NCBI GenBank assembly: GCA_964035545.1 | Contig: OZ037771.1 | Location: forward strand, 13,515,133-13,579,132 | DNA from: Bugula neritina | Taxonomy: Eukaryota; Animalia; Bryozoa | Length of the DNA stretch: 64,000 nt | Reading direction: 5' to 3' | Shown: piece after piece, positions 11,649-23,135 of the stretch | Numbering within the stretch: position 1 is the stretch's first letter | How the letters are laid out: the number at the start of each line of letters is the position of its first letter | Position numbers and translations under genes: made by a program | Notes under the pieces: model-generated | What the model was told of the DNA's origin: nothing | The model's database searches: none | The model's input: only the letters and a program-made list of their open reading frames with translations

Positions 11649-14365
11649 TTAATAGCCTATAAAAAGTTCCTGAGATCTAACTAAGATGTAAAAAGTACAC
11701 ATCTTGAAGTTATGTTGTCTTGTGATCTCGTAGTCGCCATTTGGCAGCTCAGCCGTGTGTCCATCTCCAACATCTACTCTGGCTGTCTCTTGACCAGCTG
11801 GATGGTAAATGGTCACGCTGTTGTACGGACATTCTTCTTTCATATTCTTTTCTAAAAATAGTAACAGGACATAGAAAGTTGCAGAGTATATGTTTAGATT
11901 GCTCACATTTCTTAGTAGCAAAATAAGTCTTCTTCAAAACTTGCAGTAATTATTTCTAGTGACACTTGCTTGGTGTGTTTATTTGTTTATGGTGAGATTG
12001 TTTGTGTAAATACTAATTGCAGTTTAGCACATTACAGAGTTTCCTCCTACCCCTTCCTTACTAAATTTCTCTCTCATTTTGAGACCTATGTATGTGTGTA
12101 TAGGAACAAAATGGTCAAATTTAATGGATTAGTCAGTCAAATCTGATATTTTATTATGTCACGAATTGAGGTTTTTAGGACCAGTAGCTTAAAGTGAAAT
12201 ACAAAGGCAGCATTTCATAGTAATGGAAAAATTGAAATAACCAAACTACTTTAATTTAATTGATAAAATTTGGTTTGGGTCGCTGGTTGAAATTATTTCC
12301 AGAGCAAAAATTCTTTTGCTCCATTTCTAATCTAGAGCATGCACAGGCTTTTATCAATTTTCCGTTACTGCACCTACCTATCATGCACATAACTTTTACT
12401 TACTGTTAAGTAATTTGATTCCTTTGATGAAGCCCACAAAGAGTTCATCTCCAACACTCATCAAAGAATATGGTTCAACTGGCAGCTCACAGTCTGTTTC
12501 TTCCTGCCTTTTAAAACAAATCTCTCCAACCAACTTTCTCTCCAAATCTATTAGCTTCACCTTTTTGTTCCCATAGTCACTTACAATGAACATTTTGTCT
12601 CCAATCTTCTCCAAACCACTCAGTCTTTTAAACCTTGCTTCATCGAACCCCCCAATTTTGTCTCCTGGAGTAGATGATCCACACAGTTTGACATTTCTCA
12701 CTGCACCATTCTGTTCCCAAGTAAGTTGGGAAATATAGCCTACTTGATTTGCAACCAGCAGCTGATGGTCTGCCCATTGCAGATCTTGGGGGTATTTGAG
12801 ACCAGACTGTATTACTGTTTGCAGATCTCTGGTGTTCAAATCCACTAACCTCACAGCGTTGTTAGTTTTGTCTGTAACTAGCAGTCTATTTGGGTTTCTC
12901 ACATCTGTAACAATTGCCCAAGGATTGTACATTCTTCCCACACCTATTCCTCCATTCCTATAGCCTTCCTTACCACATGTTCCCGCCAGATCTTCAAGTA
13001 GATTCAAGTCTCTGTCCAGAACTTTGATGCAGTGGTTTCTGTGATCAGCTATGGCTACGTGTGTGGCATTTACTTGTGTGAACCCGGTTACGGTTAGGAT
13101 GGTGAGGGTTTTACTTGTATAACCTCTGAGAGATTTCAGATAGTGACCATCAGCTATCAGGATACATTTGCCAAGTCTGTATTGATCTACTTCCATGTGC
13201 AGCACTGGGTAGGGGTTGTTGACGAAAGGCTGGAACTTATCAAAGATTGTTCTAAAAAATCATGCATAATATGATGCTAAATGATGACATGAGAGTCTCA
13301 TAGACAATGGAAATTTTTAACCCACACACCGCAATTTTACAAACTAAGCCAGTACAACTAGTTTTTTCAAACTGCCTAATTTGATCTGCGCTACTGGAAA
13401 TTACAATATTATAGAAATATTTTACGTTCAAATTAAATGCTAACATTGATTACACAGTCTACGATCAATTATCGATTTTAAAACATTTTCATTTTCACCA
13501 TCTCATGTGTTCAGTACAGGCTAAAACTAGCTATAATGTCTAAGCTTGGCTCGAAATTGTCTCCTGTTCTTTTTGATTAGCATCCAAAAATAAAACTGAT
13601 ATATAGAAAGTTATAAAAGTTCTCAAGAGTTGCCTTATCTGGAAGTTGGGTAATAAAGACTTTTAGCAAACTTTGTATTCTAACTTTTAGAGCAATAACT
13701 GTTACATGCTACAAGGAGATGTTTAGCTCTCAGCCTAATTTCCAAAGACAAGGCAAGTAGCAATGCATTAGTAACACAAACATTATTCAAACAAAATAGC
13801 AACTACAAAAATAATTTTTCCCAACATTTTTGTTTGAATTTAATATAGCTTCATTTTGCATAATGCTCACTTGAAACTATATTTTAAATATAGGTACATA
13901 GTATAAATGCGATTCAGTATTTTTGTTCCTGCTTTTCACCTGATTTTTTAAAAGTTGTTGACTAGAACACTAAAATAGTTGTATTAAAATTAAAACTTAC
14001 CTTGGCTCACCATTATTCTCAGCATATATCTTGCCAGAAAAAGCCACTGCTATCTACAAAACAGCAATATTCTTTTAACTTATTGACAAAATATTTTATT
14101 GCAAGCTGATTTTCTCTACTTAATTTCTTATGTAAATAAAAACCTAATATAATTACACTATTAGACTATTACATACTATTACACTTCATAATAGTTATAT
14201 ACTCACTAATGCAATCTACTATATAGTTATATAATATTATTATAATATTATATTATATTTATTCGCATACTATCATAATTTACTACAGCTATATATACTT
14301 ACTATAATTACTACTACAATCTACTAAATTTATGTACTTACTATTACAATCCACCAGGGCCCCAT
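11649..14365 (-). CDS. NHL cluster gene G2: signal peptide + NHL propeller + HYR-like, 4 exons, ~375 aa
   Basis: Exons 14365-14342 (MGPWWIVI), 14053-14001, 13251-12404, 11851-11649 are in frame (1128 nt). The HYR-like exon (CPYNSVTIYHPAGQ..LPNGDY..CTFYILV) lacks the donor seen in G1/G5 and runs to TAA. Confidence 0.82.
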
Positions 14366-15109
14366 GATTGTTTTGTAAACTACTGGAAAACTAGCCACCT
14401 AGCTTCTACATGTAAACAGTTTTTGTTTCATCATTGTTATTGCAAATTATAGCCCTAACAAAGCTGTGCACTACCTGTAATTACTAATTGTAGGTTATGT
14501 ATTTATGTGTTATACTCAGTCAATGATTTCTCTGACTATTTTGCCCATCATTAAACAAGAGATGATTATATAAGATATTTCTGTCCCTCCAATACTTTAT
14601 TTATTCTAAAATAATAAAACTGAAACATTATGATATGGCATGCCCAATGTAGGAGATAAACTGGTGTCATTTCAGATAGCCGGACACCAAATTAGGCGAC
14701 ACCAAATCTTGCCATCAATCAATGGTATTCAAACATATTTGACTACCTACTTTAAACTTTAAAATTAAATAAATATAATGTAGAAGAGTAGTTTAAAAAA
14801 CCCCTTTTAAATTATTTAAAAAAATAGGTATTTTATAGATGAACGATTAGTAAACTGTTAAAGTAATGGCTTCAATGAGTTATATTATACAGGTATACAG
14901 GTTTTCAGTTAGACACTTGTGCACATGGATTTACATGCAACCAAAATAAATGCAATTTGGGATCAAATATATCATGTTGTTAATTCTTAATGTTTTTTTT
15001 AAATGTTGGCTAGTTGGAGGGCCGTCCATAACCACTGCAAGCTCCTTCTAATTCTCATCGAATCTAACGAATTTGGTGTCATCACAGTTTTACAATAAAC
15101 TAAATTTTT

Positions 15110-15525
15110 CACTTAAAAGCTTCTCACATGAACGCTTCACAATTAGACACTAATTATTTACTCCAGTACAATATATTTTATGTGCAATTTATTTGAATAT
15201 TATCGAAATATATATTTAAATGAATTTGGGTCAACTGCTTGTCATTTAGCACATAAAGAAACTCCTTTGATCTGCATTAACTTATTATTTTGTGTTTTCT
15301 GTACTTCTTGTTGTTTGAAAAGATAGTTCAGTAATAAGTATTCATTAAAGATAATGTGTATACTTATTAATGCATTACTTTTTTGTCCTACAAAAATCCG
15401 TGAAAATTGGACTATTATTTCAAATAATTTATATTAGCTATTATAGCTATTAGCATATTAGCTATTTAGCAATCAATACAACAGTTTTATAGGTACCAAA
15501 ATAAAATATGGCATCTAACTGGGAT
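15110..15525. mobile_element. Degenerate copy of MITE family M1
   Basis: Interior (CTTTGATCTGCATTAA, TTTTTGTCCTACA, GCTATTAGCA) and the right end CATCTAACTGGGA match 52071-52537. Confidence 0.6.
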
Positions 15526-15796
15526 GAAACCACGAATTTGCTTCACTTGCTTCTAGTCTTATCAAATTGAGTAGGTATTCGAAACTAGCACTTCTAAACT
15601 TTAAATTTTTCCTATGGTTCAGTGATACAATAGAGTTTGTTATTTGAAAGCTTCTTAAAGTACATAATTGTAGACTTGGGCATACTAACAAACAAAGGAC
15701 GTAGTTGTGCATCTTTTCTACTCTAGGACACCATCTGGGTGCATTTGGACGTTGAATCAATAGAGCTAGTTTTCTTCACAGAATAATAACACAGCA

Positions 15797-18700
15797 ATGG
15801 CATTAGCACGGGTAGCAGCTGTAAGTATAGTTTGCTTTTAGTTTTACTAGTAATTTGCAAATTCAATTCTCGGCATAGTTTAATTTTTACATCTGAAGTG
15901 CTATATTGATACGTTTTAATTTTATATTATCTCAGCACTAGCTGTTTAATTTTACAGAAATATAATTTTCAAATGCTTACACCAACAGCTATTTAGAAAT
16001 ATGCAAAAACTGCAATATGTGCTTATGACTGTATTATTGTAACGTACGTGTAGGTCAATCACTAGTAGTAGTACTGCTATAACTTGCTATGGATAGGCTT
16101 ACATTATATATGGCATGTATAGTATTTTCATGAATCATGCTATTATCATTTATACTGTTTTATATTCTTATTCTAGTAATATAATATTGAATTGAATTAA
16201 CTTTGTCCATATAATATTATATGGACAAAGTTAATTCAATTTGTTAGTTAAAAGCAAACCAAATTCTATGTTAGCTTTGCACGCTTGAAGATTCCTAAAA
16301 TCTAAAAACACAACTTATTTGAATTTAATAGTCTGTGCTATTGTTAAAATTGCTGTATATTTTGGTAACTTTACTTTTAGATTCTGATGATCCTTACATC
16401 AAGGGTGACATCTGATGGACAAGTGAATTCAGGGTAAAACAACTTCTATACCTCTTACAAACACATGTCATTGCAAATCACATATCCTAACTTTTTGAAA
16501 AAAAACCAGATTTGTTTGCTTGGTGTGAGAGGAATTAGTTCAAAAATGAATTAAAAAAATTATTTCTGATATTTTTTTCTAGACTGAAATTTTTTTCAAT
16601 TTGTTGATTTGAAAATCTTAAAAACTCTTTACATTATTATAATATTACTTGGCTTAAATTTTTAACTGTACACTACAACAAGCATAAGATAAAGGAGGGA
16701 ATATTAACTGGAATAATTATTGGTTAGCAAATAATGCGAAAGACTTGCTGTCCGTTATGCAACTTCATTAGCAGCAAAGTTTCAAATCATAGACTGAATA
16801 TGTTGCGTAGCGTAGTGTGATGAATAACTCTCTTATACTTGCAAACTGGAGGCTTTGGGTTCAAAATTCAAATCCCAGTGGGAGCAAAAGTTTCATGGAA
16901 TGCAGCTTGCAACCTGTAACTTTTCAAAAGCCAGTGGTAGTTTACACTAAGAGTAGTCATTATCATTCTGCAGGCTAGTTGAATAAACTTAACAAGATTT
17001 TAATAAGCATTGTTTCATGCTTTTATTCTTTCCATGCTACATTACTAAGACCTTAATATTAGGTCTTTGGAATATTATGTAACATAATTTGTATATACTA
17101 GCTAAAATTATCATTTAATGCAGCAAAAACCATTTATTTCAGTGGGGGGCGGGTGTGTATAACTGCAAAATTGATAATTTACTAGGAAATTATTCTTTAA
17201 TTTACAGGTTTGCTGAGATTAAAATTAGATAGCAAATACTCAGTGAAAGCAATTGTTTCACTACTAATTGTGCAAATTCAAATAAATCTTAAAATTTGCC
17301 TTAATAAATATTAAAATTTTTATTTATTAACCTCTGAATATAGTAAAAAGTTGCTACTAGTAAATACATAGCAGTGCATTCTTGTAAAATTATTTATTTC
17401 AGCCTTATAAATAGCCTTTACATATTTTTACAAAGTAAGTTAAAGCAAACTTACTTTTGCTTTCTAGTTGACTTTGCAACAATTCAGGTTTTTTCCATTT
17501 ATTGAACAAGCATGAGATTCATCCGTGGAACAACAGTGAAAAATATTCTTAAATTTTACAAGAGTCAGGGTTCACATCTTTACAGTAGAAGAAGCTAACG
17601 TTTCTGACGAAATTAGCATATCAACAATAGCTCGGCCTATTTAGTCTAAGCTCTTGAGTAGCTTTAAGAGTTGCTACCTAAAAAATAATTGCCCCTACTG
17701 GGAATCGAACCCAAGACCTCTGGCTTGCAAACAAGCATGCTAACCATTACATCACAGGACCACTGGGTAAACTCATCACTACACTACCAAACAAATGCTT
17801 TAAATATCTGACTATCTACAGTGCTATTGTACCCTAGCTGCAGGTTTTTGCTGTAAACTGTGTTTATTTGCTTTTGATGCCATAAAAGGAACTCAGCTGA
17901 TGGTTAAGGCATACGATTAGAGAGTATTACAATAAAAAAATTATATACTCATTTATTTTTTTTCTTTTGGTATCGGTTGCTTTAGGTTGGAGAAGAGATT
18001 GTCATTCAAGTCTGAGTTTGATATCCGCTGTGAGTTGATAGACTATGATAATGATAGCAGACGGAGTCTGAGAACTTCTATTATAAGAAGAAAAGAGCAG
18101 CTACAGGGTCTCTGTGAAGAAGGTAGACAACTCCTGACATATGTGAATATCTTAAAGAATCCCTGAAACTATTTATGCTGTATTAAAATATCCATATATA
18201 TCTTAGTTAGTATCTACAGACTGTTTAAAGGTTGGATGCCCACGCAATTTTGTCTTATATTTAATTTTTTTGCAAACATGAATTGATTTAAGATTTCTTA
18301 CCACTTGCTGATGACATTCCTTGTTTCCTCTGAAGTCCTTGGTGTTATAAAACTAATAGTAATTAATGCTAACTTTTATTGCACAAAATATCTTATAAAA
18401 CAAAATTGTTTAACGTACAACTTTCAGAAGGTTTTTAGATAATTACTAAGGTACCTTATATATAAATATTGTAATATTGCATAAAGAAATGTTATGATGT
18501 GTGTTGAGGATTCTTTAAGTTCATTCATCACAAACATGATAGTTTCATAGACTTATTATATTGCATAGCTACTGCTTTCATAACGTTAAACATAATTAGC
18601 ACTAGCTACAAAGTTTGTTTTTATATGTGAGAAAATGTTTCAAAGTATATTAAATAAAATTAAATTTCATGATGTTTTTAATTTCTTTCTGATTAGATTG

Positions 18701-19170
18701 CATGATGTCATCAACAATGGACCCATTCTTTGACTGTACTAAGGACCATCTCACTGTGTATTGGCCGACAGACAATCTGTACAACAGAACCTCTCAGTTA
18801 CCACCAGCTACTATACGTAATAAACTGAAAAGAAAGCTCAGTCAATCAAATGTGATGAAAAACATGGAAATCTTCATCCTTTTCCATTCTCCTCCGTAAG
18901 TCAAAACTAAGATACATTGTAAACTTCATACTTATAAGACAAAGCTACTCCATTATGAAGTCTGCTACTTTTCCCAGTTGTAAAATGTTTTATAGAGTTG
19001 GTACAATATTCTGCTTATACTTATTAGGCTTTTGGCTTATTGTTTCATCTATTTATAGAGCAATAGCTGCCAACAAGAACTCTAGAGGAGAAAGTGTGGA
19101 TGTGGTTCTTTATTCAACGTGTGTAGATCAGACTAAACCTTATAATGTTGAAAGTGGTCAGTGCATCTAA
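15797..19170 (+). CDS. NHL cluster gene G3: propeller-less paralog, signal peptide + Cys domain + tail, 5 exons, ~174 aa
   Basis: Exons 15797-15820 (MALARVAA), 16381-16433, 17986-18122, 18697-18895, 19059-19170 are in frame (525 nt). Exons 1-2 have the family-typical 24/53-nt sizes; the last three exons are nearly identical to those of G5. Confidence 0.72.
16190..16241. repeat. Perfect 52-bp palindrome
   Basis: AATTGAATTAACTTTGTCCATATAAT|ATTATATGGACAAAGTTAATTCAATT. Confidence 0.95.
16800..16895 (+). mobile_element. tRNA-like repeat family B, degenerate
   Basis: GCGTAGCGTAGTG..CTTGCAAACTGGAGG..GGGTTCAAA..AATCCCAGTGGGAGCAAAAG. Confidence 0.5.
17690..17783 (-). mobile_element. tRNA-like repeat family B
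   Basis: GGGAATCGAACCCAAGACCTCTGGCTTGCAA..TAACCATTACATCACAGGACCACTGGGTAAACTCATCACTACA on the + strand. Confidence 0.72.
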
Positions 19171-21081
19171 GCTGTCTAACAGTATTACGTGGCAGAAGAA
19201 ATCAGTACACCTAACCTGTTTATTACTAGGAAAAAATTACTGTAAAAGTAAAATCTAAAGTAGATCTTGATGCATGCTGCTTTGGTATTACCAAAACAGA
19301 GCACTGTAAACAAATCCTTTGTAAACCAATTTTTGTCAAAAGCTAGACTCTGCAGCATTGAAAGTAAGAGATAAAAAATCTGTACTTGATTTCTTTTGAT
19401 TAGAGGGGCACCAGCCTTCTCCACCCTCAAACTTTGACAAAATTGTAATAAAGTTATAATTATACATACATTTTTGATAAAATGTTGTATTTGCTTGACT
19501 GTGACTCTATATGAAACTTTTATTGCAACATCAACCATAATAAAGTTTCTAAAAAGTAAACATACTACCATTTGTTATAAGTAAATAATTTAATTTCTAA
19601 AATATTTGTTTCATTAAAAGTTATTTACACAATTTCAAATAAAAAACATATTTTAAGATGAAAAATATTTTCACAACCGAAGAGTCAAAAATCACGTATA
19701 AAACATTCTAATAATTATTTAAAATAAGGCATTAGGGATATCAAAAAGAATCAGCCAGGGAATATCTCAATTTAGAGTCAATTATATTGACAAATAAGAC
19801 TGCAGAAAATAGCCAGATTATACCTTTTATAAGTATCCCTGTTTTATAAGTTTTTATAATAAAATAGATGAGCAATTAGGATGCAGTTGACACCCTTGAT
19901 TATGATTGACACACTTGGTCAGTGCTCTAGCCACTAGACTACAGTGCCCCCAGACTACAACTGCTTCTTAATTACTTGTCAAAATTAGCACCAATATAAG
20001 GCAGAGTAAAAATAAGTCAAGGAAGCACAAAAGAGGCTTCAGAATATACCAAATTATTGTGTATACTGTTGATATGTAATAGGAAGACTTCTATATAAAT
20101 AAAAAAATCACTATATTATTTTCAAGCCTTAATAATGTATAAATTCTCAGTTCAATTTGTTGAGAATGTAAAGTTTTTCCATAGTCTAGCTGGGAAGATA
20201 AAATGTTTACACTTGTTTTATTTTGATACAGATGTGTATTTCCAAAGACTGAATAAAATTAGTGTGTCTGAATTTGAGAAAATGGGAGGGTTTATAAAAG
20301 TCTAAAAATAGCTTTTTTCTGTAGTAGCCAAAATAGCTGTACATAAGCAAATAACACAACAGAGAAAAACATAAGGTAGCTAACATAGCTATGAAAATAC
20401 GATTAAAGCTGTAATGATGCAACAAAATCTCTCCAAGCCCCAAGGTCCCAACAACTGGCAAGAGGTCAAACTCTTGTAAGAAAGCACTAAAGTGCTTTAA
20501 GTGCTTTCAACACTTTACATGATAAGCTCATATAATAGCAGCTAAGCTAAGGTAAACTATGCACCTAACCTTTCTTAGCCGTTGAAACATTTGATAAATA
20601 TGGCAACTTCATAATTTTAGCTGATTACCTATGTTAATCTCTTTTTGTACATGATGTGCTTACTTCTCTAACTCAGAAATTCCGTTTCAGCTAACAGAGT
20701 TTAAACTGCTGAGAATTTTAGTTCAAGTAAATATTAAAGCTATTTTTTCTCTTAGTTCATAATCACTCTTCTAAGTGACTCCTTTATCTTAAAATGTCAT
20801 TGATCTCACAGATGTTGTGGTTGAACAATGGCGCAAGTTATAAATTATAGCACTAATAAGATGCTTTGGCTGTTACCTCACTACTCTGGTTAGTTGTTAA
20901 ATTAAAGACTCCTGCTGCACCTTATTTATGAAGCTCTAAATATTTATGTCTCTTCTTTAATTATCATCTATAGTATCAGAGGGCTGTATGCTCAAATAAT
21001 TTTGTTTTATGAGGTATTCTGGGCTTGTACTGGTACCAAAATAAAAAATAGCATCCGAGTGGGAAACCTCTATCTGGAACC

Positions 21082-21249
21082 CTACTACTACCACTACCAC
21101 TACCACCACCACTACCACTACCACTACCACTACCACTACCACTACCACTACCACTACCACTACCACTACCACTACCACTACCACTACCACTACCACTACC
21201 ATTACCACTACCACTACCACTATCACTACCACTACCACTACCACTACCA

Positions 21250-21309
<60 letters not shown>

Positions 21310-21310
21310 G
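21082..21310. repeat. (CCACTA)n / (CTA)n compound microsatellite
   Basis: Directly visible; explains the HY-repeat and poly-Val ORFs. Confidence 0.95.
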
Positions 21311-23135
21311 GTATAAATTAAACAAATAGCAATTATTTCTAACTTCATTGTATGCTATTCCTAACTGATGCAACATGCAGGCTGCGGTTTAATCGCTGAG
21401 TTGGCTTAAAAGTTTGGACTCTGAAATTTATGCATAAAATTATATATATAAAACTATTGTTTATCATTCACATCTGACCTATATCTCTAAAAGAGCAAAT
21501 AACATTAGTTTGAGAATTTATAGGTCAGTAAAATAAACAAAAGCAAAAATCCCTAACTCCATTGAGCAAAGGCCTACATTCCGTGCACTTGCCGACCTCA
21601 GCTAACCTGCTTATATGTTTCTCTTTAAGCCTTTTTATAAGCCATATAAGTGTTCTAAATACCCCTAAAGTTGCCCATACATTCTAATTCCTTTACACAA
21701 CCTCGATTGTTATTAAACTTGCACTAAACCTGAGGAGTGCTTTCCTATATTACATACAACCTAGGCTAGCTTACAGGAAAAGCTCCAACGTTGAAAATAT
21801 TTTACGAGTCTACAATCTTCGCAGCAGACCTTTTAAAGTCCATAATTTACTTTTAAAGAAAGTTGTTAGATAATTATATATTTTTCTATAGCTTTAAAAT
21901 CAATATAGCCTACAAACTAGTATTAAATGTAGTGAGAACTGTAGTGTAATTGACAGGACTAGCTGACAGCTACATAAAATTATAACATACTAAGTGTACA
22001 CTGCATGAATGCGGAAATGCTACCATTAGAATTGCTGAGTGAAAACTATGAACACTGGTGATTAATGCTTTCTAAGCACCAATTTGAGCGTAACTCTTAT
22101 ATAGGTATGATAGTTATTATAGTCAATAGCTATAATAGATTCAACCCAATACATGTTTATTTCTACTATCACACAAATAACAACATATATCAAATTATAA
22201 ATATGTGTCAAAGGTGTAAACATGTAGATACATTTGTCATTGCAGAAATTTTTTAATGGATTATTTGTTGGTGTTAGACATTTTTTATATTGTATATTAT
22301 ATGCTGTTTGGTGTAAATTGAGTAGTCAGATTGTTTATAAAAAGTACCTTTTTTTGTTACATTAATAATATTTTGAACTATGAAATACCTCATACATGCA
22401 GCACTTATCTACCATCTTCTGTTAATGAGCCTTTTAGTCAAGGGTTTATAGTTGGGGAAGACTGAACTCTGAACTCTGTACTCTGTACTCTTCAGAGTTT
22501 ACCATCAACACTTGTCTTTTATCTACTCTTCTAAATCAAGCTGATGGACTAATGACAGCATGTACGGTGACTACAGCTGCCAAATTACTATATAAATATT
22601 CTAAATTGTTTTATTCAACCCCTAAAAATGCAAGAAAAAATTATAATATGCTCTTGCTCATACTACCATGGCAAATAATCACACAATTCTTTTAGTTGTT
22701 GTTTTCAAAACTTTATTATATAAAACTAAACTTTGTATTAAATTTTTATTTTATTGAACTATAAATAACATGTTTGTTCCTACATAGATGTTCATCTATT
22801 AAAAGAATAATGGCATAGCCAAGTCTGAATTTTATGCAGAGTCAAAAAATAAAACCATATGAGTGTGCTATCCATAGCTATGGTGAAGTAAGTATATCTG
22901 CTTTGTAAACACAACCCTTAATTAATATAGAGTGAGAGATGCATTTGAAAAGGGTCTATATTGGCTATGGAAATTCTTTTGTGCTAACCTTCAATTTTAC
23001 GTAATAGCTGTAAACACAAATCTGCAAAAGTATGCCAGCTGTACACAAAATTTGCTATAAATAGCCAATGTTTGAGAGTTCCACCTTGTAGTTAGAGTTC
23101 CACCTTGCAGTTAGAGTTTCGGGTCACGAGCAGAA

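Noticed and set aside
17468-17650. Possible remnant of the missing NHL exon in G3
   Set aside because: No NHL motif recognisable in any frame.
20957-21376. His-Tyr repeat ORF (possible metal-binding peptide) and poly-Val ORF
   Set aside because: Pure (CCACTA)n microsatellite with no splice or start context.
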